Positions 28,788 to 39,529 of a stretch of 64,000 nt of DNA are shown here, one piece after another (the first letter of the stretch is position 1; each line of letters starts with the position of its first letter). Below the pieces are notes generated by a model that did no database searches, had not been told where the DNA came from, and saw nothing but the letters and a program-made list of their open reading frames with translations. The position numbers and the translations under genes were made by a program. This stretch comes from a virus. The stretch lies in the IMG/VR virus record IMGVR_UViG_3300017917_003446, positions 51,473-115,472 of that record; one strand, given 5' to 3'.

Positions 28788-30496
28788 TAAGATTCACTAG
28801 AATAAGATGGCGTAATTTTTTATCTACGGGCAATCAGTTTACAGAAATACAACTGAATAAAAATCCCACAACACTTATAATAGGCGAGAATGGCGCAGGT
28901 AAAAGTACTATTCTCGATGCTATTTGTTTTGGTCTTTTCGGTAAGGCATTTAGGAACATTAATAAACCACAACTTGTTAATTCTATTAATCAAAAGAATT
29001 GTACTGTAGAAGTAGAATTCATTATAGGTAAAAAAGAATATAGAATAGTTAGGGGTATGAAACCTGGTGTATTTGAAATATATCAAGATGGTACTATTAT
29101 AAGCCAGGAAGCAGCTAATAGAGATTATCAGAAATATCTTGAAGACAAAATACTTAAACTAAACTATAAGTCTTTTACTCAGATTGTTATACTTGGGTCT
29201 GCATCTTTCACACCCTTTATGCAACTATCGTTAGGAAATAGACGAGAGATTATTGAGGATATATTAGATATACAAATATTTACAGTAATGAATTCTATTC
29301 TCAAAAATAGAATGATAGATCTAAAAGAAGAATTGAGAACATTAGACGCTATAATAGAGATAGGAAAACAGAAAGTAAAACTTCAAACTGATTATATCAA
29401 ACAACTTGAGGAAGATCAGAAGAAACGAGAAGCAGATGCACAACTTGCCATTATACAATCACAAGCAAATATTAATAAGCTACAAGAAGAGGCAGAGAAG
29501 TTGGTTAAAGATCTCGAGACTCTCAAAGAATCAACCAGGGATGAGCAGACTGTCTCGCAAAGAAGAACTGAGATGGTTACTTTACTTAAATCACTCACTC
29601 AGCGTATCGACTCTGCCCGGGATCAGATTACCTTCTACGAAGAACATGATAATTGTCCAACATGCGCTCAATCACTTACAGGAGAGCTTAAAGATACAGC
29701 GATTGAGAAACACTCGCATAAAATCGAAGAAATCAACGCAGCACTTGACTCGCTTAATAACAAAATCTCAGAAGTTGAAACAAGAATTGATGAGATATCT
29801 GCTATCAAGAACTCAATTGCCGATATACAAGATTCGATCGTTGACACTAACAGCAAAATCATCAGCGAGCAAACTTTTATCCGCAAGATACAAACAGAAG
29901 CAGAGAGATCGATTGATTCAGAGAACAGTTTGGCTAGTGCTAAATCAACCCTCAAGGACCTTGCCAAAGAGGTTGTATCGTCGGCAGAAAGTAAAAGTAA
30001 GCTTAAAGAGAACTCGTATTATTTTGAAGCCTGTGCCACGCTACTCAAGGATACTGGAATCAAGACTAGAATTATAAAACAGTATCTTCCTGTCATAAAC
30101 AAATTGGTAAATAAATATTTAAACGCCATGGACTTTTTTGTTTCATTTGAGTTGGATGAAGCATTTAATGAAACAATCAAGTCAAGACACAGAGATGACT
30201 TTAGTTATGCTTCATTTAGTGAGGGCGAGAAACAAAGAATTGATCTTGCATTATTATTTACTTGGCGCACTATTGCTAAAATGAAAAATAGTGCTGCAAC
30301 TAATCTACTGTTACTAGATGAAATATTTGATAGTAGCCTTGATGCTATGGGTACAGAGTTTGTTATGACTCTTCTAAACACTATAGGTGATGATATAAAT
30401 GTATTTGTGATTTCTCATAAGGGAGATCAACTTATAGATAAATTTGGTCATCTTATAAAATTTGAGAAACATCAAAACTTTAGTAGGATTGTATAA
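28784..30496 (+). CDS. gp46: recombination endonuclease subunit gp46 (Rad50/SbcC-like)
   Basis: GENGAGKST, CPTC Zn hook, FSEGEK, LLDEIFD, ISH. Confidence 0.96.
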   Translation: MIRFTRIRWRNFLSTGNQFTEIQLNKNPTTLIIGENGAGKSTILDAICFGLFGKAFRNINKPQLVNSINQKNCTVEVEFIIGKKEYRIVRGMKPGVFEIYQDGTIISQEAANRDYQKYLEDKILKLNYKSFTQIVILGSASFTPFMQLSLGNRREIIEDILDIQIFTVMNSILKNRMIDLKEELRTLDAIIEIGKQKVKLQTDYIKQLEEDQKKREADAQLAIIQSQANINKLQEEAEKLVKDLETLKESTRDEQTVSQRRTEMVTLLKSLTQRIDSARDQITFYEEHDNCPTCAQSLTGELKDTAIEKHSHKIEEINAALDSLNNKISEVETRIDEISAIKNSIADIQDSIVDTNSKIISEQTFIRKIQTEAERSIDSENSLASAKSTLKDLAKEVVSSAESKSKLKENSYYFEACATLLKDTGIKTRIIKQYLPVINKLVNKYLNAMDFFVSFELDEAFNETIKSRHRDDFSYASFSEGEKQRIDLALLFTWRTIAKMKNSAATNLLLLDEIFDSSLDAMGTEFVMTLLNTIGDDINVFVISHKGDQLIDKFGHLIKFEKHQNFSRIV

Positions 30497-31089
30497 TGCT
30501 TATTCGTAAAAGTCAATTACAACTTGTGAAACCCGAAGATCCTATATTACATAAAGTGCCTGCTCCTTATGTGTTTGAGGACTACGAGGATACTACAGAG
30601 TTATTTGCTAATCTAATGTTTGATAGAATGCAAGAACTAAAAGGTATGGGTTTAGCTGCAAATCAAGTGGGTGTAAATACTCAATTTTTTACTATGGGTG
30701 TAGATGTACTTCGTATTGATGTATTCAATCCTAAGATTGTTTCAATGAGCGGAGAAGTAACAACAGAAGAAGGATGCTTAACTTATCCTGGGATTTTTCT
30801 ACAAATTAAAAGACCATTGAATATAGGTGTTGAATTTCAAAATGTCAAAGGTGAACTGGTAAAGATGAATCTTACTGGTCTAACTGCGAGAATATTTCTA
30901 CATGAATATGATCATCTTATGGGCAAAACATTTAAGGAAAAGGTATCTAATCTTAAATGGTCACTTGCTAATAAGAAGCTTAAGAATGTAAGAGATAAAC
31001 TTAAGAAAGAAATAAGACAACGATACATTGTCGACACTTATAAGGAAATGTCAAATGTCGCAAGTAGTGTTACAGGAGTACGAGAATAG
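30496..31089 (+). CDS. def: peptide deformylase
   Basis: GMGLAANQVG, EGCLT, HEYDHL. Confidence 0.93.
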   Translation: MLIRKSQLQLVKPEDPILHKVPAPYVFEDYEDTTELFANLMFDRMQELKGMGLAANQVGVNTQFFTMGVDVLRIDVFNPKIVSMSGEVTTEEGCLTYPGIFLQIKRPLNIGVEFQNVKGELVKMNLTGLTARIFLHEYDHLMGKTFKEKVSNLKWSLANKKLKNVRDKLKKEIRQRYIVDTYKEMSNVASSVTGVRE

Positions 31090-31471
31090 TTTTGATTTCG
31101 GATTTACCGCAGTTGATTCAGAAGAATCAATAGTAGAAAAACCTGTAGTAAACACGCAGGAGATAGTACAGCCAGTATCTGACGAAATAGCTGCACTTAA
31201 GACAACCATAGATGCAATTTATGGAAAATTGGACAGTCTTGAGGAAGTCATATTGGCAGGCTCTGGTTCATCGTTTGATATCGATTCTTATAAAGGTCTT
31301 GTTGATAAGGAAGCAACAGCAAAACTCAAAGCAGTAGAGGGTTTAATTATGCCTCTTTTAGTTAATCTTATGAAAAATCCTACGAAAGATTACATCAAGT
31401 GGCCAAATAGAGTACCTGTTATTGAAGCGCAGATAGCCAAAATTTTAGCAATAACACGCCCATCTTCGTAA
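31055..31471 (+). CDS. conserved hypothetical phage protein
   Basis: FDFGFTAVD and PLL.NLMKNP.KDYI.WPNR motifs; ATG 31055 after AAGGA. Confidence 0.65.
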   Translation: MSQVVLQEYENSFDFGFTAVDSEESIVEKPVVNTQEIVQPVSDEIAALKTTIDAIYGKLDSLEEVILAGSGSSFDIDSYKGLVDKEATAKLKAVEGLIMPLLVNLMKNPTKDYIKWPNRVPVIEAQIAKILAITRPSS

Positions 31472-31521
31472 GTCGTTGAATTCAAAATACATTTTTTCTG
31501 ACGTATACTTTTAAAAAAGTA

Positions 31522-31550
31522 TTGACACCTGTTACTTTTACATATATAAT
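31522..31550 (+). promoter_or_regulatory. perfect sigma70 (early) promoter
   Basis: TTGACA(31522-27)-N17-TATAAT(31545-50), A/T tracts upstream. Confidence 0.85.
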
Positions 31551-31573
31551 TATGTATATCGTGAGGAGTCCAG

Positions 31574-33715
31574 ATGTCCATCAACAATATTTCCAATCAA
31601 AAGTCTGTGCTGGCAAAGTTGCTAGCACAAGAGAATCTCACTGTAGAACATAAAAAGGTTCCTACAGCATATTTTGATCCCAAGAATAGAATCCTGTGCC
31701 TTCCTATTTGGAAAGATATGTCTGCTGACGTTTATGATTTATTAGTAGGTCATGAAGTCGGTCATGCTTGGGAAACGCCACCAGAAGGTTGGCATAGCGC
31801 TATTGAAGAAAAGGGTAAAGCATTCAAGTCTTTTCTTAATGTAGTAGAAGATGCTCGTATTGAAAAGCTAATAAAGAGCAGATATCCCGGTCTTAAAGCA
31901 CCTATGTATCGGGGCTACAAAGAATTATTTGATCAAGATTTTTTCGGTGTACGAGATCGTGACATTACTAGATTAAATTTAATTGATCGCTTGAATATCC
32001 ATTTTAAGCTTGGTTCTCTTATGAATGTTCCGTTTGAAGAGGAGGAGGAACATTTCGTAACTAGAATGGACAACCTGCGTTCATGGGAAGATGTTTACAC
32101 GTTGGCATGCGAGCTCTTTCAATATGTGAAAGAAAATCCAACTACTAATTTTGATGATCTCGAAGATGGTGAAATGCAGTATTCAGAAGATTGGGATGAT
32201 GATGCAGATTATGATGAATTAGATGAGGATGAAGCAACTAGTATACGTGGTAATAAGGCTTCTAAGGGTGGAGAAGATCCTGAATCATTAACTGACAAAT
32301 CTTTTAGAGAAAAAGAAAAATCATTATTGGCAAGTGATATGCACCCATATGTCTATACTAATCTTAATACTGTGGACATAAAGGATTTCGTTATTCCTCA
32401 CAGTGTTGTCTATACAAGAGTTGATTTTTCTTCGTTTGATAATTATTCAGAGTTTGCTCAAGCTAATTTACACGGCGATCCAAGTGTCCCAGAATTTATT
32501 GCAGAATTAAATGTATTTGATTCAGCAGCACTATTTTATGAGTATAGAACAAGAAATACTAAATTTATTGCTTATCTTGTTAAAGAATTTGAACTTCGCA
32601 GAAATGCTGCACAATATGCAAGAGCAAGTGTAGCTAAAACTGGGGAATTAGATACTGAAAAGGTATGGTCATACAAATTAAAGGATGACCTATTCAAACG
32701 AGTTACTAAGATTCCTTTGGGTAAGAATCACGGTATGATTATGTTCATAGATTGGTCTGGTTCTATGTCAGACAATATTACAAACACTATAGAACAGTTT
32801 TTAGTTCTTGGTGATTTCTGTAGAAAGGTAAATATACCGTTTGAAGTTTATGCATTTTCAGATCAAAGTATGAAGGCCTTTGCAAAATCTGATGAGGACG
32901 TGTACAGAAAAAGATTCTCCAGAAAAAACAAAGATTTATATTTTGAAAATTCTCATTTTAAACTGTTGAATTTGCTTTCATCAACTATGAGTAATTCACA
33001 ATACAGAACTGCTCAAGTTAGATTGTTGCAGTATGCTAAGGCTTCTGATAGAGATAAATTTAATAGTTTTAGTAGATTTAGATACCATGCTATTCCTAAA
33101 ACATTGTCATTAGGTGGCACTCCTTTGAATGAAGCTATTCTTTTAGCAAACTATATCGTCCCTGAGTATAAGCGTGTAAATAAAATTGACGTTATCAATA
33201 CTATCTTTTTGACGGATGGTGAAGGTGTAGAAATAAATCACACATTTGACAATGATAGAATGTCTTCATTAAGATATCAAGCGCAATCTAATCTATATAA
33301 TTTAGTTTTAAAAGACAAATCAACTAATATTTCGGTTACAGCTAAGCCCGGTGAACTTGTTACTTCAGCTCTCTTAAGAATGTTGAAAGCTAGATCTGGT
33401 ACTAATCTTATTGGATATTTTATTACTAATCGTAGTATTAAAAATACTTCTTTGAATCTTGCTACAAATTATGGCAATCCAGTAACACCAGAACAAGTGC
33501 AAGAAGAAATGAAAAAATCCAAATTCTATAGTGTTAAAAATGTGGGGTATGATGAATACTTTGTTGTACAAAGTAAGGATCTTGAAATTCAAGAAGACAA
33601 ACTTGAGGTGGAAGGTAATTTGAAACGCGATTATTTAAAAGCTTTTATGAAGAACCAAAAAGCTAAATTAATTAACCGTGTTCTTTTGAACAAGTTTATT
33701 GAACAAATCGCTTGA
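31574..33715 (+). CDS. metallopeptidase-like + VWA protein (CobT-like partner of MoxR AAA)
   Basis: HEVGH..., NVVEDARIE, acidic linker, MIDAS DWSGS, GGTPL, LTDGE. Confidence 0.8.
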   Translation: MSINNISNQKSVLAKLLAQENLTVEHKKVPTAYFDPKNRILCLPIWKDMSADVYDLLVGHEVGHAWETPPEGWHSAIEEKGKAFKSFLNVVEDARIEKLIKSRYPGLKAPMYRGYKELFDQDFFGVRDRDITRLNLIDRLNIHFKLGSLMNVPFEEEEEHFVTRMDNLRSWEDVYTLACELFQYVKENPTTNFDDLEDGEMQYSEDWDDDADYDELDEDEATSIRGNKASKGGEDPESLTDKSFREKEKSLLASDMHPYVYTNLNTVDIKDFVIPHSVVYTRVDFSSFDNYSEFAQANLHGDPSVPEFIAELNVFDSAALFYEYRTRNTKFIAYLVKEFELRRNAAQYARASVAKTGELDTEKVWSYKLKDDLFKRVTKIPLGKNHGMIMFIDWSGSMSDNITNTIEQFLVLGDFCRKVNIPFEVYAFSDQSMKAFAKSDEDVYRKRFSRKNKDLYFENSHFKLLNLLSSTMSNSQYRTAQVRLLQYAKASDRDKFNSFSRFRYHAIPKTLSLGGTPLNEAILLANYIVPEYKRVNKIDVINTIFLTDGEGVEINHTFDNDRMSSLRYQAQSNLYNLVLKDKSTNISVTAKPGELVTSALLRMLKARSGTNLIGYFITNRSIKNTSLNLATNYGNPVTPEQVQEEMKKSKFYSVKNVGYDEYFVVQSKDLEIQEDKLEVEGNLKRDYLKAFMKNQKAKLINRVLLNKFIEQIA

Positions 33716-33740
33716 CACAGTAATCAAATTAATATATACT
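33712..33740 (+). promoter_or_regulatory. sigma70 promoter
   Basis: TTGACA(33712-17)-N17-TATACT(33735-40). Confidence 0.75.
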
Positions 33741-33768
33741 ATTGATATAATTGAGGAGTGACTTTAAC

Positions 33769-34941
33769 ATGAAACTATCAGATATCCAAAAACGCACTAT
33801 TGTTTCCAGTCTTGCTACTATTTTCGGTAAGCAAGCAACCCGCAAAGACATCATTGATCATTTCAAAAATAAGAATGAATCTGTCCCTAATTGGTTGATC
33901 AACGGTGCTCAATATAGACTTGATCGAGGTCTTATTAATCTAGTTATGCCCTCAGATACCACACCTGTTATCCGGGAAGAATTAAAACAAGAAGAACTTG
34001 TGCCTGCCTTACAAGCACAAGTAGTTCCTATTCGACAAAAGAAAATGATACAGGAAGTAGATAATCTTGTACCTTCAAAAGATGAAACTTATGTTCCGTT
34101 TGGTTTCTTCAGGGATTTAGAATCAATTATTAAATCAAATGCCTTCTATCCGTTATTCATTACTGGTCTAACAGGTAATGGCAAGACAACTATGGTCGAG
34201 CAGGTATGTGCCAAGTTGAAACGTGAGTGTATTCGAGTAAATATTAGTATCGAAACAGATGAGGATGACCTTGTAGGTGGTAATACTCTGGTTGATGGCA
34301 ACGTAGTATTCCGTGAAGGTCCGGTTATTACTGCAATGCGACGTGGTGCGATACTTCTTATAGATGAGATTGACCGTGGTAGTAATAAGCTTATGTGTAT
34401 TCAGGGTATTCTTGAAGGCAAGTCATTCTTTATTAAGAAGACCGGGGAAGTAGTATCACCTAAAGCAGGTTTCAATATTATTGCAACTGCTAATACTAAA
34501 GGTCGTGGTACAGATGACGGCAAGTATATTGCAGCACAGATTTTAGATGAGGCATTTCTTGAGCGTTTTCCTATTACTGTAGAACAAGAATACCCTAATC
34601 CGACTATTGAGCGCAAGATTATTATCAATAACATGGAAGCGATCAATAACGTAGATGAAGAGTTTGCAGACAAGCTTGTATCCTGGGCTGAGATTATTCG
34701 TAAGACTTATATGGAAGGCGCAATAGACGAACTTATTTCTACTCGACGTCTAGTTCATATTGTTAAGGCATTTTCTGTGTTTAAAGATAGACAAAAAGCG
34801 ATTAATCTTTGTATCAATCGTTTTGATGCCGACACAAAGACTGCGTTTATGGATTTATACTCTAAGATGGACAATCCACCTGAGGAGAAAGTCGTCAGTG
34901 GAAACACCCAAGAAAATGTGAATGAAGAAATACCATTCTAA
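33769..34941 (+). CDS. cobS: CobS-like MoxR-family AAA+ ATPase
   Basis: GLTGNGKT, LLIDEID, ATANTKGRG, AFLERF, ISTRRL; ATG 33769 after GAGGAG. Confidence 0.88.
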   Translation: MKLSDIQKRTIVSSLATIFGKQATRKDIIDHFKNKNESVPNWLINGAQYRLDRGLINLVMPSDTTPVIREELKQEELVPALQAQVVPIRQKKMIQEVDNLVPSKDETYVPFGFFRDLESIIKSNAFYPLFITGLTGNGKTTMVEQVCAKLKRECIRVNISIETDEDDLVGGNTLVDGNVVFREGPVITAMRRGAILLIDEIDRGSNKLMCIQGILEGKSFFIKKTGEVVSPKAGFNIIATANTKGRGTDDGKYIAAQILDEAFLERFPITVEQEYPNPTIERKIIINNMEAINNVDEEFADKLVSWAEIIRKTYMEGAIDELISTRRLVHIVKAFSVFKDRQKAINLCINRFDADTKTAFMDLYSKMDNPPEEKVVSGNTQENVNEEIPF

Positions 34942-34957
34942 ATACTAAATAACTAAT

Positions 34958-34978
34958 GCCCCGGTTGGATCCCGGGGT
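34958..34978 (+). other. GC-rich hairpin (possible terminator/processing site)
   Basis: GCCCCGG-TTGGATC-CCGGGGT; T-rich tract follows at a distance. Confidence 0.55.
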
Positions 34979-35000
34979 GTCTTACTTTTTGGAGATACTT

Positions 35001-35528
35001 ATGGGAATGCTAAGTTTAGAGCTACTTAGTCAATATGCTGAGGGAGACACATTCATAGAGACAGGTACTTATATGGGTGATACTGTACAATTAGCATTGG
35101 ATTATGGATTTAAAAATATTCACAGTATAGAATTAAATTTAGATTTATATGGAACATGTGCTAAAAGATTTGAGGATAGAAATAATGTAAAAATTTGGCT
35201 AGGCGAATCTCAAGATAAAATAGATGAAATTTTACAAACGCTTGAAGGTCAAGCTACATTTTGGTTAGATGCACATGCAAGTGGACCTTTACCTGGCGGT
35301 AGATTCGGCGGGTCTCCTTTGGTGCAAGAACTTAATAATATAGGTAAGCACCATGTAAAAAATCATGTTATTATCATAGATGATTGTAGGTTATTTGGAA
35401 GTGCAGAGTGGTCTGGTCTTAAGAAAGAACAAGTTACAGATGCTCTGTTAGATATAAATAATAGATATCGAGTTACCTATGTAGATGGTGAAATTCCTGG
35501 AGATATTATGATTGCAAGAGTGATCTAA
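35001..35528 (+). CDS. SAM-dependent methyltransferase-like protein
   Basis: FIETGTYMG, HSIEL, FWLDAH, IIIDD; start at 35001 after GGAGA. Confidence 0.65.
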   Translation: MGMLSLELLSQYAEGDTFIETGTYMGDTVQLALDYGFKNIHSIELNLDLYGTCAKRFEDRNNVKIWLGESQDKIDEILQTLEGQATFWLDAHASGPLPGGRFGGSPLVQELNNIGKHHVKNHVIIIDDCRLFGSAEWSGLKKEQVTDALLDINNRYRVTYVDGEIPGDIMIARVI

Positions 35529-36460
35529 TGCAAGAAAAAAGCAAAATATTCGTAGCTGGCCATAAGGGAATGGTAGGGTCTTCTTTGGTAAGAAGACTTC
35601 AGTATCATGGTTATATGAACATCAAAGGTGTGAATAAATCTACCTTAGATCTTACTAATCAAAAAGAAACCAGAGAATATTTTGAAGAAGAACAATTTGA
35701 TTACGTGTTTTTAGCTGCGGCTAAGGTGGGAGGTATTATAGCAAATAGTACCTATCCAGCAGAATTTATTTACAATAATCTTCAAATACAAAACAACATT
35801 ATTCATAGTTCGTATTTGACGAACGTAAAGAAGCTATTGTTCTTAGGATCATCTTGTATCTATCCTAAGATGGCACCGCAACCTATGCAAGAAAAGGATT
35901 TACTGTCTGGGTATCTTGAACCTTCTAACGAAGCATATGCGCTTGCTAAGATAGCAGGATTAAAAATGTGCCAGTTCTACAATAAGCAATATCAAAGCAA
36001 ATTTATTTCTTGTATGCCATGTAATCTTTATGGTGTCAATGATAATTTTCATCCAGAAAATAGTCATGTTATACCTGGTTTGATTCGTCGTTTTTTAGAA
36101 GCAAGAAAAAATAATTTAGAATCGGTATCATGTTGGGGAACAGGTTCTCCGATGCGAGAATTTCTTTTTGTGGATGATCTTGCTGATGCTTGTATTTTAT
36201 TAATGAATAAGTATGAAGATTACTCTGAAACTATTAACATAGGGTCAGGTGAGGAAATTTCCATAAAAGAACTAGTTGAACTTGTAGCTTCTATTATTAG
36301 ATATGAGGGTAAAATAGAATGGGATACTAGCAAACCTGACGGCCATCCAAGAAAAGTTATGGATGTTTCTAAAATTAAAAATTTAGGTTGGTCTCCCAAG
36401 TTTAATTTAAAGAATGGAATTACTACATCTGTTGCTTGGTATCTAATGAATCAGTTATGA
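35528..36460 (+). CDS. fcl: GDP-L-fucose synthase (Fcl/WcaG; could act as ColC)
   Basis: GHKGMVGS, AAAKVGGI, LGSSCIYPK, YALAK, PCNLYG, SHVIP, REFLFVDD. Confidence 0.93.
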   Translation: MQEKSKIFVAGHKGMVGSSLVRRLQYHGYMNIKGVNKSTLDLTNQKETREYFEEEQFDYVFLAAAKVGGIIANSTYPAEFIYNNLQIQNNIIHSSYLTNVKKLLFLGSSCIYPKMAPQPMQEKDLLSGYLEPSNEAYALAKIAGLKMCQFYNKQYQSKFISCMPCNLYGVNDNFHPENSHVIPGLIRRFLEARKNNLESVSCWGTGSPMREFLFVDDLADACILLMNKYEDYSETINIGSGEEISIKELVELVASIIRYEGKIEWDTSKPDGHPRKVMDVSKIKNLGWSPKFNLKNGITTSVAWYLMNQL

Positions 36461-37335
36461 AAAAATTAAAAATTCAATTTATAGACACATGGGATGCATG
36501 TGTTCAGTTTTTTGTAGATGTTCTTAGTAATCGTTATGATATAGAAATAACTAATGATGCAGAGTTTTTACTATTCTGCGATGAAAATTTTGGCAATGGT
36601 AATTTAGTTTATTCTAAAAATGATATTACTAAAGTTTTATTCACCGGTGAGAATAGAAGACCTGAAAATTATGATTGCCATTATGCTATAACTTTTGATC
36701 ATAATCATAGTCCATGGCATTATAGATTACCATTATATGTGATGGATATGTGGGCAATTGAAGTATTTCATAAAATGGCAAGTAGACCGTATGGTTATTT
36801 GTTTCAAAAAAATATAGTAAACGTAACCAATAAAACAGATTTTTGCGCATTCGTTCATAGAAATCCCAACAATCCTATCAGAAATAATTTCTTTAAAAAA
36901 TTAAACAGTATAAAAACAGTTAATAGCGCAGGCAAACTTTATAATAACACTGGATTAGATTTACCAGATGTACCGTCAAAAATAGATTATTTTACTAAGC
37001 ACAAATTTAGTTTATGCTTTGAAAATTCATCTCATCCTGGATATGTAACTGAAAAAATTCTACATGGTTTTTATGGTAATACTATTCCTATTTACTGGGG
37101 ATCTAAAACTATAGCAAAAGATTTTAATCCTGGTTCGTATCTAAATTATTTTGATTTTAGAAATGAAGATGAACTGATACAAAAGATTTTGGAGATTGAT
37201 TCTAATGATAATTTGTACAACAGAATAGTAAACACGCCCAAGTTTTTATATAATATTCCTAACGAATGTGTTATACTTAATAATTTTTTAAACTGGTTTG
37301 ATGCAGTAGTTTACGAGAAAAGATATTCAAAATGA
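36457..37335 (+). CDS. GT10 alpha-1,3-fucosyltransferase-like
   Basis: FTGEN, KFSLCFENS..PGYVTEKI, IPIYWG. Confidence 0.88.
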   Translation: MKKLKIQFIDTWDACVQFFVDVLSNRYDIEITNDAEFLLFCDENFGNGNLVYSKNDITKVLFTGENRRPENYDCHYAITFDHNHSPWHYRLPLYVMDMWAIEVFHKMASRPYGYLFQKNIVNVTNKTDFCAFVHRNPNNPIRNNFFKKLNSIKTVNSAGKLYNNTGLDLPDVPSKIDYFTKHKFSLCFENSSHPGYVTEKILHGFYGNTIPIYWGSKTIAKDFNPGSYLNYFDFRNEDELIQKILEIDSNDNLYNRIVNTPKFLYNIPNECVILNNFLNWFDAVVYEKRYSK

Positions 37336-38153
37336 AAGATTTAGTTATAGGCGGGTTCACTAGATATGGTTGGGATCAACTTAAAAATTGGGTATTGTCT
37401 CTAAAAGATACCGGATATTCAGGTGATATAGTTCTAGTAGCATTTGAAACAGATCAGGGAACTATAGACAAACTAACAGAACATGGAGTAGAAGTTATAC
37501 CGGTAAACAAGGAGCTGAACTACAGAAGCAAAATACCTATACATGTTGAACGCTTTGTATTCATGTATCATAATATAAAAAATAGAAAATATAGATATGT
37601 GCTTACAACTGATGTCAAAGATGTAATTTTTCAAACTAATCCTTTTTATTGGGTAGAACACAATTTAAAAAATAAAAAGGTAGTTATATCTTCTGAAAGT
37701 TTAAAGTACAAAGATGAACCCTGGGGTAATGAAAATTTATTGCAGACTTTTGGTAAGTATATTTACAATGAGTTTTCAAATAAGGAGATCTTTAATGTCG
37801 GAGTGATTGCTGGCGAATATGAATATGTCAAAGACTTAATGCTACAATTATTTGTAATGTCAATAAACAGACCTATACCCATTGTAGATCAAGCTACATT
37901 CAATTTTTTAATGCATACCGAACCATGGTTGTCAGTAACTAAACGAGTTAGATCTGAGGATGGGTGGGCATGCCAATTAGGTACTACTATGGATCCGAAT
38001 AAAATTGATGCATTTAGACCTTATCTTTTAGAAACAGAACCTAAAGTCCGCAACGGATTAGTTTTTACCAACAAAGATATAAAGTACCACATTGTTCATC
38101 AATATGATAGAATACCTTCCTTAAAAAAATATATAGATGAAAAATATTCTTAA
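37332..38153 (+). CDS. GT-A glycosyltransferase-like
   Basis: TDVKDVIFQ.NPF, NVGVIAG, DQA, HQYDR. Confidence 0.7.
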   Translation: MKDLVIGGFTRYGWDQLKNWVLSLKDTGYSGDIVLVAFETDQGTIDKLTEHGVEVIPVNKELNYRSKIPIHVERFVFMYHNIKNRKYRYVLTTDVKDVIFQTNPFYWVEHNLKNKKVVISSESLKYKDEPWGNENLLQTFGKYIYNEFSNKEIFNVGVIAGEYEYVKDLMLQLFVMSINRPIPIVDQATFNFLMHTEPWLSVTKRVRSEDGWACQLGTTMDPNKIDAFRPYLLETEPKVRNGLVFTNKDIKYHIVHQYDRIPSLKKYIDEKYS

Positions 38154-38850
38154 AATTGCTTGTTGCATTTCAGGACAGCCTCGATCTTATAAAATTGGGC
38201 ATGAATACATACGAAAAAATTTATTAGATGTCTATGATGTGGATGTCTTTTATCATACTTGGTTCAACGATACTGTTGACTTTGATGAAATAGAACATTT
38301 ATACGAACCTAAAAATTTAGTAGTGGAAAAACCTTTGCCTAACGTATATGTAGAAAAATATCCAAGAATACCTGGTCCTAAATTTCCTGCATATTTTACA
38401 GTATCAGCATTTTATTCTATATACACCGCAAATCTTTTAAAGCAACAATATGAAAAAGAAAATAATTTTGAATATGATTGGGTAGTAAGAATAAGATTCG
38501 ATTATGCTTTAAATGGTGATCCTGATTTCTTAACTAAAGATAACACCAAACTTTATATTCCTAATTGTAGAATAGTGCCTGAAAGAAATTTTGGCAATGA
38601 TCAGTTTGCTATGAGTTCGTCAAAAAATATTGACAAATATTCAAGTACACATACACACCTTGATGAATTTTATAATAAAGGTACTACTATGATAGGTGAG
38701 GATATGTTAAAAGAAAATTTGATATATCATAATCTTGTTGGTGAAAATTTAGTCTATATGGATATGAATAATCCTTTTCCTCCTGGTCCTCATAACGGTA
38801 CCTGGCATTCATTAATAAGAGAAGATTATGAAAATTGGACCGCCAGTTAA
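38137..38850 (+). CDS. putative glycosyltransferase-like protein
   Basis: IACCISGQPRS, DVFYHTW, YDWVVRIRFD, NDQFA motifs seen in polysaccharide loci. Confidence 0.55.
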   Translation: MKNILKIACCISGQPRSYKIGHEYIRKNLLDVYDVDVFYHTWFNDTVDFDEIEHLYEPKNLVVEKPLPNVYVEKYPRIPGPKFPAYFTVSAFYSIYTANLLKQQYEKENNFEYDWVVRIRFDYALNGDPDFLTKDNTKLYIPNCRIVPERNFGNDQFAMSSSKNIDKYSSTHTHLDEFYNKGTTMIGEDMLKENLIYHNLVGENLVYMDMNNPFPPGPHNGTWHSLIREDYENWTAS

Positions 38851-39529
38851 TAATTTATTTTTAGTCACATCTTGTATCAATACTGATTTTGGAATCTATA
38901 AACCACAACAAAGATTCGAACAGACTATTGAGACTATTGCCTCTATTCGTAAGTATGCACCTAATAGTAAAATTTTTATAGCTGATAATTCCTATATTAA
39001 AGAATTAAATGAGAACGTGTATAAATTTTTTACGCAATCTTGTGATTTTGTAGCAAATTTTAGCAATGAAACAAATTGTAAAAATTTAAATGCTGCAAGA
39101 TTAAAAAGTGCAGCTGATACTGTTTTGACCTTAAAAATGGTAGAGTTAATACTTAGCCATAAAGATGGTATGAAATTATTAAATGGTGCGAAAAGAATTT
39201 ATAGAATATCTGGTAGATATCAACTTACAGAAGACTTTGATGAAAATAGGTTTGACTATTTTGGAAAATTTGTTTTTAGACGACATGACACCTGGAGACA
39301 AGAAAAAGATATAGATGGGTTATACATTACAAGACTAATGGGAATTTGCCCATCTTTATGTAGCATGTATCATACTGCTCTTACTAAATCTGTAGAAACA
39401 ATTTTAGAAACAGGTGTCGATATGGAACACGCCATTTATAAAAATATAGATAGAAATTATGTAGTTGATATAGATAAATTGGGCGTTAAAGGAAACGTAG
39501 CTCCTAATGGGCAACTTCATATTGATTAA
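38828..39529 (+). CDS. hypothetical glycosyltransferase-like protein
   Basis: RFEQT..TI.SIR, DNS, ISGRY, EH motifs; sugar-island context. Confidence 0.45.
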   Translation: MKIGPPVNNLFLVTSCINTDFGIYKPQQRFEQTIETIASIRKYAPNSKIFIADNSYIKELNENVYKFFTQSCDFVANFSNETNCKNLNAARLKSAADTVLTLKMVELILSHKDGMKLLNGAKRIYRISGRYQLTEDFDENRFDYFGKFVFRRHDTWRQEKDIDGLYITRLMGICPSLCSMYHTALTKSVETILETGVDMEHAIYKNIDRNYVVDIDKLGVKGNVAPNGQLHID

